Shown here piece after piece: positions 38,474 through 49,189 of a stretch of 64,000 bases of DNA (position 1 is its first letter; every line of letters begins with the position of its first letter). Origin of the DNA: Sphyrna mokarran (Eukaryota); assembly GCA_024679065.1 (NCBI GenBank), contig JAGIQG010000002.1, positions 117,862,001 through 117,926,000 of the forward strand. Reading direction: 5' to 3'. The notes under the pieces are model-generated. The model made no database searches. It saw nothing but the letters and a program-made list of their open reading frames with translations, and was not told the origin of the DNA. The position numbers were made by a program, and so were the translations under genes.

Positions 38474-39618
38474 CATAATGTCCAGATGACAATACTGTCA
38501 GATTCTCAATACTGTTGAATGCAGTATTCACTTTAAAAATGGCGCCAGCACATACCATGGCATGACCTGATATCACCTCCGATGTCTGTATATCTGCTTC
38601 TGCTCTCTCTGTGTTTGGTCCCTGCACCTACTGACTCTTAGTTGGCCAGCTGCTGGTAGATCACGTTCAGCTTGTTGCTCTGAGTTCAAGTGGTGGGACC
38701 TGTTGCCTGGCCACAATATTCAAACTGTAGTTCCACCTAGATGACAATTCCCTAATTTTACAGTAGAATTTGAATAGGATTTTGTTTATTCAAAGAGACA
38801 AAGTTACTGCAATATATAAATGATAACCACTACCTACAAGGTGACACCATGCATCTGGACTGGTAGTAAATATTTTAACCTGAACCAATCCAAATATCTG
38901 AAGTGGGATTAGGATATTGATACCTGTTAGGGTCCACAATTAAATATTACCCTCAGTCAAAAGTCTTACAGGTGATTGTAAATGTTACCCACAAAAGAAT
39001 TATGTATACTTAAGTGCTTGATTTAGGAAGTAAAGAAGCAAGCAGATCAGTTTGAAAGATCGTAGGTTGATTTTTTTAATACTCAAATGGAGAATTGTAA
39101 GAACACATTCTTATATACCTACAATCATGACACTTATAAGATTGCTATGTTTTGGATTGTGGACTCTAACAGGCACCAATATCCTAACCCCACTTCAGAC
39201 ATTTGGATTGTTCAGGTTAAAATGTTAACCACCAGTCCAAATGCATGGTGTCACCTTATAGGTTTATCATTTATATATTGCAGTAACTTTGTCTCTTTGA
39301 ATAAACAAAATCCTATTCAAATTCTACTGTAAAATTAGGGAATTGTCATCTAGGTGGAACTACAGTTTGAATATTGTGGCCAGGCAACAGGTCCCACCAC
39401 TTGAAATCAGAGCAACAAGCTGAACGTGATCTACCAGCAGCTGGCCAACTAAGAGTCAGCAGGTGCAGGGACCAAACACAGAGAGAGCAGAAGCAGATAT
39501 ACAGGCATTGGAGGTGATATCAGGTCATACCATGGTATGTGCTAGCACCATATTTGAAGTGAATACTGCATTCAACAGTATTGAGAATCTGATTGTAATG
39601 TGTTATCTGGACTTTATG
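38474..39618. repeat. Long inverted repeat: arms ~38474-38940 and ~39156-39618, ~215-bp spacer
   Basis: Direct reverse-complement match, e.g. TGTTGCCTGGCCACAATATTCAAACTGTAG versus CTACAGTTTGAATATTGTGGCCAGGCAACA. Confidence 0.97.
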
Positions 39619-41079
39619 GTAAAATCAAAGAAATCTGGTGGTCTGTGCCAAAGTCTGCCTGACAACAAGGCTTGGTTGATGGGGTGTTAAAGATTAAATG
39701 AAGGTCTAGGTTGTTTTGCTGGGTAGAAGGTGTGTGTGGGGAGAGGAGGGGGAGAGATTTGTCAACATTGCCACGCCATTATTAGATTTTTGAAGAATAG
39801 TGAGGTTAAAAATCCATTTTGTGCCCAACACAAAAGAATTTGCAATTCTCCCAGCTCCTTTCTTAATGGTGTGAACTGTTTCACAGCAGGCGTCTTCCAT
39901 GGGCTGGTGGGGTAGGGGTGGGGCATTGCTTAGGCTGGGCCAGGTATCCTCAGGTCAGGATCATTGCTGGTTTGGGGTCATGTGGCAAGCATTCTCCCTG
40001 CCTGCTGAAAGACAAGGTCACAGATGTCGTACCTTCCTACCCTGCCACTTCTCAGCTGGAAAGGCTCCGTGGTTTATTGTGGACTCCCGTCCCAGCCCCA
40101 CTAACAGTCACAAGCACCTGGCAGTTGTCATTCCTAATCAAGAGAGCTCAGAAGATGCTAACACAGCTTTGCACACTGCTTGAACTCCATGGTGTTTCCC
40201 GTAATGGCTGTCCGTTGCATAGAAGAAGGTGCTCCCCTATCATCTGTCCGACCTGGACGCTATGTTTGGAAGCCACTTTGCACCAAATGCCCAGGTGGGT
40301 ACATGCAGGTTTGTACTTTACATTTATCCTCAATGAGCACCTTCCTACAGCCACCCTTGTGCCAGAGCACCGAGTCCAGTCTGCTTCACACTGCTGCCGC
40401 TGGCTTTTGGTAACAGAGATCTGTATCCTGGGAGATCCAGCCATTTAGGAGCTGCTCTGTACTGAATACCACTGAGCATGCAACTGCACTGGGAGTGCAG
40501 AAGGTATTGTGCTGCATCATATGATGGGAGGGTACAGCCCTGCAGGACACCTTTGGTGACCATGAGGGAGGAGTGTCCGTGGCTGTTGAGGTGATGATGT
40601 GATAACAGCAGCCATTTGAGGTGGAGCATGGCACCAGAAGTTCAGATACATGGGGATATGGGGTGCTGGCAGGGATTGAGGGTCCCAGAATGGACAAAAT
40701 CACAGACTTTCTTTCACTCTCTCCTTAACCCACCTCCCCCACTGCCCTCCATACTTCCTGCAGAGCAAAAACGGATCTTGGATTAGAGCTATCAGAGCTG
40801 GCAGCAATCATCATTGCTGCTATGGCAGTTGGCAGACATTGTTACCTATGGCACACCCAACCCAGACCAGAATCTACACCAGGACAACAGGGGGCTGTTA
40901 GTCCGAGTAAGGATTTGGCCGCATGTTGGCCTGCAGGGAGGGTAAAAGACAGCAAAGGAGAGGTCCTAGCAGTAGAGGACACACGTGTCGTTCCATGAAC
41001 TGGCAGACGCCATGTGCTGCTGAAGGCTTCACCTGCACTTGGCAACACCTAAGCCAGTCCTCATGGATCTGGCATCCTA

Positions 41080-41370
41080 TGGGGGAAGAGGCACCCACTC
41101 TCACTGGCTGTTAAGGTGACAGCTGCCCTTAACCTCTATGCCACTGGTCATTCCAGGGCTCCAGCAGGGACCTGTGTGACATTTTGCAGGCATCAGGCCA
41201 CAGCTGCATCTGGGAGATGACAAATGCCCTGTACTTCCAGGCAAGGCAGTACATCCATTTTGACCAAAGCCAAACCCAACAAGAAGCCCAAGGTGAAGAC
41301 TTTGCCACCATCACTGACATGCCACCAGTTCAAGGGACTATAGATGATATGCACAGCACCTGCTGGCCCC
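41080..41370 (+). pseudogene. Harbinger/PIF (HARBI1-like DDE) transposase fragment
   Basis: Across one frameshift: HPLSLAVKVTAALNLYATG/SFQGSSRDLCDILQASGHSCIWEMTNAL...YIHF...FATITDMPPVQGTIDDMH, resembling the Harbinger GSFQ and GAID.TH motifs. Confidence 0.75.
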
Positions 41371-41724
41371 ATGCAATCAGGGTCAGATTGTGAAAGGAAG
41401 GCCTGAGGAAAGTGGCAGTTGCACTGAAGGGGGAATGGGAGGGTAGGGGGTTGGTGGAAAGAAGGAAAACTGGAATGGAGAGGTGGAAAAATAAAAATGA
41501 AAAAGAAGGACAATAAAATGGATGAATGAGATGAAATGAAATGGAATAAAATGAATGAAAATGGGATGAAGGTGGAGGAGAGAGTTCATCCCCTGAACAA
41601 CAATAATGTGCACCACTGTTCTCCCATTTTGATCATTTAATGGACACTCTTACACCTTTTCAGCCTTCTGTATCCTCACTTACCTTCTCTTTATCCAATT
41701 CCACACCCTTGACTGATAGGCAAA

Positions 41725-41997
41725 ACTAGGGGACATAGCCTCAAAATAGGGGGAGCAGGTTTAGGACTCAGTTGAAGAAGAGCTTCTTCACCCAAATGGC
41801 TGTGAATCTGTGGAATTCCCTGCCCAATGAAGCAATTGAGGCTACTTCTTTGAATGTTTTTAGGGCAAAGATTTTTGAACAGGCAAGGAACTAAGTGTTA
41901 TGGTGAGCGAGTGGGTAAGTGGAGCTGAGTCCATGAATGGTGGAGCAGGCTTGAGGAGCCAGATGGCTTATTCCTGCTGCTAGTTCTTATGTTCTTA
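41725..41997 (+). mobile_element. Old CR1 3' end fragment
   Basis: TRGHSLKI...FFTQ..VNLWNSLP coding and TTCTTATGTTCTTAT tail. Confidence 0.8.
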
Positions 41998-42789
41998 TCT
42001 TCTCCCCTCCCACACCACCCATCTCAAGGGTTGCACTGACTTTACCCAGGGTTATGGACCTAGGTTGGCCATGCCAGTGAGTGAAGCTCAATTGCACCTG
42101 CACTATGGTGTGCAAGCCTCTGAGTTTGGACCAAGATCTGGAGTCTCGCTGCAATCACCCGTTGTGTCTCAAGCATGATCCTAAGACATTGTCATTCCTA
42201 AACATATTGTGGATGATTCAATTGGTATCATAGTTTTAATAGAACCTCAGCTAAGCGGTGATGATGCCTTCCCCTAAGTGAAGTCTCCCTACCTGACCAT
42301 ACCTTCTATGACTTTCCCCATTAAGACCATGCTTATCACCAAATGACACCTTGTCCTGCCTTCCTACTACTTTCTCCTTCTTTGAACATCTCACCTTATC
42401 TTGGTCATCTCAACTCTTGCTCAAGATCTTTATTCCGTACTGCAGATCCAAGTGCAATAAAAGTTTTCTCAAGGAGCCATCTTCACTGTTTTCCTCTCTC
42501 AGCAACAGCACCAAACGATTTCTCACATGATTTCAATATGCACTCCAACTCATCATGCTCTCTTCTTTCTTATTTTATTGCTCTTTTACCCACTCATAGG
42601 CTGGAACTCTACCAACTCAACTGCCACAGAATCAGCACAGGCAAGGGTCCAAAAATGGAAATCTCCATTGACCTTGGGTGGGAATTTCCAGTCTCGATTG
42701 CAGAGAGGCTCCTGATCTTGGTCCAGACTTAGTGGGCCATCGCTAAGGGCTCGCACACCATGGTGTAGCGAGCGAGGCTGTAAAATCAT

Positions 42790-43587
42790 CCAGAGAACAG
42801 TGACCACAATACCACACAACTCTGCCATAGCAACCTCTGCAAGACGTGCTGGATCATCGACATGGATGACATCATCAAACGTGAGAACACCATTCACCAG
42901 GTACACGGTACATACTCTTGCAACTCGGCTAACGTTGTCTACCTAATACGTTGCAAGAAAGGATGTCCCGAAGCATGGTACATTGGGAAGACCATGCAGA
43001 CACTATGACAGCGGATGAATGAACATCGCTTGACAATCACCAGGCAAAACTGTTCCCTTCCTGTTGGCGAACACTTCAGCGGTCACGGGCATTCGGCCTC
43101 CAACCTTCAGATAAACGTTCTTCAAGGGGCCTTCACAACACACAACAGCGCAGAGCCGCTGAGCAGAGACTGATAGCCAAGTTCTGCTCACGTGAGGATG
43201 GTCTTAACAGGGATCTTGGCTTCATGTCACACTATCTGTAACCCCCATGACTTGCCTGGGTTAGCAAAAAACCACACTTACTGTGCCGTCTGGAGACAAT
43301 ACACATCTCTCTAACCTGTGCTCAGTGCTCCTTCCACTTACATTGTTAGCCACTTTAAGACTTGAATAGCAGGTTAGGGGTAAAGATTTGCATTCTAATC
43401 AGTAATCTGTAAACAGTCTGTGCTGGTATGTGTGCTTTTGGAGACCAGAACACCTCATTCGCCTGACGAAGGCTATAAAGCTGAAAGCTTGCGAGTTTAC
43501 TATCAAATAAATCGGTTGGATTTAAAACTGGTATTGCAGACTTCTTACTGTGTTTGCCCCAGTCCAATGCCGGCATCTCTACATCAT
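42790..43587 (+). mobile_element. 5'-truncated Penelope-like element (GIY-YIG endonuclease + 3' pseudo-LTR), Neptune-like
   Basis: Translation CHSNLCKTC...SCNSANVVYLIRCKKGCPEAWYIGKT.QTL*QRMNEHR...PVGEHF...EQRLIAKF...GLNRDLGFMSHYL*. One CGA>TGA-type stop at 43006 and one frameshift. A Cys-rich linker precedes the GIY-YIG domain. Confidence 0.92.
43457..43496 (+). ncRNA. Minimal type I hammerhead ribozyme motif in the PLE pseudo-LTR
   Basis: ATTCGC-CTGACGA-A-GGCT(ATAA)AGCT-GAAA-GCT-T-GCGAGT: stem I, core, stem II and palindromic AGCU stem III. Confidence 0.75.
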
Positions 43588-43699
43588 AAATATACGGGGT
43601 TACAGGGATAAGGCTTGGGTAAGATGCTTTCTCAGAGAGTCAGTGCAGACTCAACGGATTGAATAGCCTGCTGCAATGCCCCAGAAGACTGGCTGCTGC

Positions 43700-44068
43700 A
43701 GTTGATTGACAGCTGGAATCCAGGCCCCGCCCACACGCACTGACGTACCCAGTTCCCCACCTCCCGACATGTCAATACGTCAACCAGAGGAGGGCGCGTT
43801 CATTCTGGGGCGGAGAAGGGGGTGATATTCTCAACTGTTCCAACTTTCCACTAGATCTCCTCAGCTCTAAAAAAAACCTCAACGTCTAAACAATAAGAAA
43901 TTGGTGTATAATTATAACAGGAAGAGCTGTGGGCTGATATGTTGCTGTCCTTGTAAAGATATATTGTCGTGCTTCTCTGTATTTCCCCCCCCCCCGTTGT
44001 GTGTGAGTGCCGTTACAGTGAGTTGTTCCTCTCCTTCCCCCCACCACCACCGGGTCCGCTCGTTGACA
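43700..44068 (+). promoter_or_regulatory. FAM8A1 CpG-rich promoter/5' UTR
   Basis: GC boxes CCCCGCCC (43725-43732) and GGGGCGGAG (43807-43815), TGACGT CRE-like site (43741). CpG-rich through exon 1 in an otherwise CpG-poor window. Confidence 0.7.
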
Positions 44069-44561
44069 ATGGCGGAGAGCGGCTCAGGCTCAGCTTTGGG
44101 CCCTGGTTCGGGCCGGGATGGATGCTGCTCCTCCTCCTCTAGCCCCAGCCCGGCTGGGAAAAGTCAGGCAGCCCCCGGGACCGCGGGCGCTGGGGAATAT
44201 TGTCGGAAGGTGCAGGAGTGGCTGTGGCAGTATTATAGCTACGTGCAGTGGCAGAGCTGGATGATGATGATGGCCCCGCTGCCTCCCTATTGCCCCTTCC
44301 CCGGCAGCGGCGGGGCCCGGCCGGGCGAGGGGGAGGAAGCCGCCGCCACCACCACCACCACCCTGCCCGGTGCCTACAACCCTTTCCCGATTTACCCTCC
44401 CTACTTTACTCTAGGGGTGGCCGCAGCGGTGCCGCCGGCTTCGGGTGAACACCCTCAGCAGCAGCAGCAGCAGGAGGTGGCGACAGCTTCGGGGAACCGT
44501 GTCGGGTTGCCGGGCACCAATGCACAGCAGCAGCCGGCGGCAGGGAATGTGCACCCCAGAG
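44069..44561 (+). CDS. FAM8A1: FAM8A1 coding exon 1 (MAESGSG...EYCRKVQEWLWQYY...NVHPR)
   Basis: Good Kozak context ACAATGG, GTAAGA donor in phase 1. EY.R.V.EWLWQ.Y motif of FAM8A1. Joins in frame to 60048. Confidence 0.9.
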
Positions 44562-45067
44562 GTAAGAGACAGCCACTGAGGCGGAAAAAGGGCTAAAAAT
44601 TCCAATTAGCGAGGCCAAGCTTCACAAACAAGGTCTCCAGTGAAGCCAGCTATTGAAATAGGGACACGCAGTTCTTTTTCCATCACAACACTTTGCAGTA
44701 ACGCCTGTTAATGCACCATAAAAATGTGATTGTTACTTTGAGCGCAACTCCTGGTAATGTGCTCAGGGATTTGGAGCTGTTGGACTTTGCAATCCTAAAG
44801 ATGTTCTATTTAAGGTTCACTTAAAATTCCCTTCTAGCTCTAATCATTGTTTCCTGACCACGATAACAGCTTCTGTTTGTTTTAAGTGTTGTGTGTGGTA
44901 TGGTAGGAATGTCGGTGAATGTGATCTATAAATCTTGAGTTGCGTCACAAGTTCTGCAAATTGAAGATGGTGAAATTCTGAGTGTCACTCAAGGGTTATC
45001 AGTGTAAGGATAGGCCGTTCGGCCCCTCAAGCCTGCTGCAGAGAAGATCTGGCTGATCTGATTATGG

Positions 45068-46418
45068 AGTGATCAGCAAGTTTGCAGACCACACAAAGAT
45101 GGCTGGACTTCCGGATAGTGAAGAGCATTGTCAGGTGATGCAGCAGGACATAGGTTGGTAGCTTGGGCAGACAGATGGCAGATGGAATTCAATCCTGATA
45201 AATGCGAGGTGATGTATTTCGGGAGAAAGAATGTAGCGGACAGGTATATGATAAAGGGTAGACCTATTAAGAGTATAGAAATGCAGAGGGACCTGGGGGT
45301 GCAGGTGAACAACTCTCTGAAGGTGGCAGAGCAAGTGGAGAAGGTTGTGAAGAAAGCATATGGTATGCTAGCCTTTATAGGAATGGGTATAAAGTACAAG
45401 AGCTGGCCTTTAATGTTGCAGTTGTATAAAACGTTGATTAGACCTCATTTGGAATACTGCGTCCAGTTCTGGTTGTCCTACTACCGGAAGGATGTGGAGA
45501 CTCTGGAGAGAGTGCAGAGGAGGTTTACCAGGATGCTGCCTGGAATGAAGGTCTGAGTTACCAGGAGAGGTTAGGCAAATTGGGACTGTTTTCCTTAGAA
45601 AGACGTAGACTTAGAGGAGATCTAATAGAGGTGTACAAGATTATGAGGGGTATAGATAGAGTAAACAGGGTTAAGCTTTTTCCTAGGACGGACTTGAATA
45701 GCACGAGGGGTCATGGGCTTAGGGCGAGGGGGGTAAGGTATAATTTGGATGCTAGAGGGTGTTTGGGGTATGGAATGCACTGCCAAGTAAAGTGGTGGAG
45801 GCAGGTACTGTGGAGTTATTTAAGAAATACTTAGATGGGCACATGAACAGAATGGGAATGGAGGGGTATAGGAAACTGATTTAAAATAGGGATCATGAGC
45901 CTTGGGAGTCCCTGGGAAGTGTGTAAATAGATGATGATATTGATGTACTTGTTTTCATCCTACAGGTGCTTTGGTCCACCTTGTTGTCTAACGAGGGGCA
46001 TACACGCGATGGGTCGTGAGAGGGCTGCTCTTGGATTTTTTGAGAGTATCCTAGTGCTTCACGTCGTTAGTGTACGCTTGACCTGGACCATTTGATGGGC
46101 AACACGACAGCTCAGTGACTATCGCTGTGCTGTGCAGATACATGGATTTGGGCCTGTGTCTGTGGGAGTTTGCGCATTCTCCCCGTGCTTGCGTGGGTTT
46201 TCTCCGGGTGCTCCGGTTTCCTCCCACATCCCAAAGATGTGCTCTTAGGTTAATTGGCAAAACAAATTCTCCCTAAATTGTCTCAAATTTGGTTTTTAAT
46301 CCATAGATCTATAAACATGGACAGGGATCGCGGGTAGAAGTGGGAACATCGGGGTGGCGGCACGGGCTCGTTGGGCCGAAGGGCCTGTTTCACGTGCTGT
46401 TTTGTTCTTTGTTCCTTG
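45068..46418 (+). mobile_element. 5'-truncated CR1 with an unusually long 3' UTR containing a V-SINE-like domain
   Basis: ISKFAD...WADRWQMEFNPDKC...RRLRGDLIEVYK, then ~200 bp unique, then V domain and (TTTGTTC)n tail. The host repeat resumes on both sides. Confidence 0.85.
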
Positions 46419-46534
46419 ATCTCAATTCCACTCTTGTCTGCCCATCCCTCTCCCATAACTCTAGTCTCCCAGATAAAGCTGTCAAACTCAGCCTTGCATA
46501 AATTAAATGGCCCAGCCTCCACCGTTAAAATAAA

Positions 46535-46825
46535 GTTAAAGTTTATTTATTGGTCACAAGTAGGCTTATATTAACACTGCAATGAAATTACTGTGAAAAT
46601 CCCTTCATCCCAAGATCTGCCTGTTTGGGTACACTGCGGGAGAATTTAGCATGGCCAGTGCACTTAACCAGCATGTCTTTCGGACTGTGGCAGGAAACTG
46701 GAGTACCAGGAGGAAACCTACACAGGCACTGAAGAACGTACAGACTCCGCAGAGATAGTGACGAAGCCAGGAATTGAACTGGGTCTCAGATGCTATGATG
46801 CAGAAGTGCTAACTGCTGTGCTGCT
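46535..46825 (-). mobile_element. V-SINE with L2-like tail
   Basis: Reverse complement of the 13532 family. Confidence 0.75.
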
Positions 46826-49189
46826 TTCTGTTTTACAGAATTCCTCTCTTCAGAGGAAACAAAATCCTCTTCATCTCCATCTTCCCAAGATGAGCGTTTT
46901 GTCTTTTGAGGAAAGTTTGGACCCACGCTCATTAGAATTCAGGAGAATGATAGATGGTCTTATTGAAGCATACAAGATTCTGGAGATATTAGGGTAGATG
47001 TTGAGAGGATATTTCTCTTCAGAGAAATTTAAACTAGAGAGACAAAGCTTCAAAATAAGGAATTTCATATATAAGATGGGAATAAGGAGGTTTATTCGTG
47101 GAATTCCCTTTCCCAGAGACCATTGAAGGCTGGGTTATTGAAAATATTCAGGGCTGGGTTAGAGTCTTTTATTGTCAAGGATTATGACAGGAAAATGCAT
47201 TTAAAGCCACAGTCAGATCAGTCATGATCTTATTGATTGATGGAGCTAGCTTCTACTCCCATATCTTGTGTTTTTATGACCCTTTATTATGAAAGCCATT
47301 CCAGATTACCGCATGATCATTTCCGTATCCTACTCAATCCCCTTGCAATAGAGCCAATGTTCTGTTTGCCTGCTGTAACTGCGTGCTAACTTTGTGATTC
47401 ATGTACGTGAATACCCAGATTCCTCTATATCATGGCATTCTGCAGTTTCTCCATTTAAACAATACTCTGATTTTCCTGCCAAAGTGGATAGCCTCACTTG
47501 TCCCACATTATACTCCATCTGCCAAATTTTTGTCCACTCGGTTAATCTATCTATATTCCTTCGCAGGCTGCTTGTTTCCTTTTCACAATTTGCTTTCCTA
47601 TCTCATCAGAAAATTTGAACACTCCAAATCATTAATACAAATTGTAAATACCAATAGTTGAGGCCTCAATACTGATCCTTGACGTCCACTGGTTACATCT
47701 TTTAGTGACATTTCTGAAAATTGAAACTATAATTGAAACCATGTTAAGTGACAGATTTTTCATCATGACCAATATAAAAGCTTTAGTTTGGCTCTGTAAG
47801 ACCTTTCCAGTCAAAAGGAAAACATCCCCTGTAAGTTCAAATGCTAAAAATTGCTAAGTGAATATATTCATAGAGGAGTAACTTTTAAATTTAAAAATAA
47901 ATGTTATCTACTTGATTTGAGCGCTGTTAGTTGCTCCTCTCACTCTGACTTGCAGCTCATCATGCTCCCTGATCTTCCCACTGGCAGCCTTTCCAATCAC
48001 CAACCGTCCTGGTATTACCCCTCCTGCTCACTGCTTTGCTTTTCCTGATCCCTTACTGTAATTTCTTATCTGCCCTACCAACATTCCTCACTGTTTTCAG
48101 CACCTTTATTAAATTACCCCTTAATTTTCTGTGCTCAGGAAAATCAGTCCCAGCTTCTGCAGTGTCCTGTCTTACCAAATGTCCATCATCCCTGGTGATC
48201 TTGATGAGCTTTGCTGCGCTCTTTTCAAAGCCTTTGCATCCTTCCTAAAGTGTGGTATTCAAAATTGGATACACTACTCCAGCTGAGGTCTATCCAGAAA
48301 ATTATAAAGAATCAGCACAGCTTCCTTTTTTACATTCTCTGTCTCTATACAACTCTTTATAACCAAGGATTTAAGTTTTTTAATGGATATATCAACTTAT
48401 GCCCACACCTTCAAAGATTTCTATATGTACATCCATGCTACTTTCTATTTCTATATCCCCTATAAAATTGTACCATTTAGTTTCTAATGCCCCTCATCCT
48501 TCCAACCAAAATACCATTGTATTGCTAGAGTGTTCTGTGAACCAGAAAAGCAACCTAGTTATAAGAAGTTTCTCCACATAGATCTAATCTGTACTGAATC
48601 TTGTTGGAGCTACTATTTTGATTTTTCATGCCTAGTTGTGCAAGTTGAAGCCCATTTGGAACATCTGTGCGCTTGAACATGTTGCAGTTGTATTCGGTTA
48701 GCTCATCTATTACATTCATGGAACAGCAGCAAATCAGAACTGAATAGGATCAGGCATCTGCAAAAGAAAGACTAGCCAATTCAAATAGGATAATTTAAAA
48801 CAATTGAAATAAACTTATTCACTTCCCAGCTTGTTTCTTCTGACCTTCATTTACTTTCAACAGCTCGCAATCTACGCTTATCAGAGCAACAACAATTAAC
48901 GACCGTCTTACCTCAGGATATCCTATTTACTGTGGTTAACTTTGCAGCCTTTAAGGGCATGCTATCTTAAACTCTGCTCCATCTTAATCACAAACTGCTT
49001 TCCCCAGACAGCTGGAGAGCTGTAAACTAATTGTGTGTGTATGTGTCTGTATGTGGGGTGGGGGAGGGGGATTTAGAAATCCAAAACAGAAAAGTTGAGA
49101 CAGTAGAAAGTGTAGCAAAATGGGTAAAGACAAGCAGAGTGGGAAGGGAGACAGTTTACAGTAATAATGCATCAGTAAGAAAGATTCCT

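Noticed and set aside
39918-40448. 176-aa ORF as a novel gene
   Set aside because: No recognisable domain or splice structure; lies in decayed transposon-like GC-rich sequence.
43901-44068. N-terminal extension of the 231-aa ORF upstream of the FAM8A1 ATG
   Set aside because: Starts at a non-ATG codon with low-complexity Cys/Pro sequence. The ATG at 44069 has a strong Kozak context, and the ORF tail after 44561 is intron.
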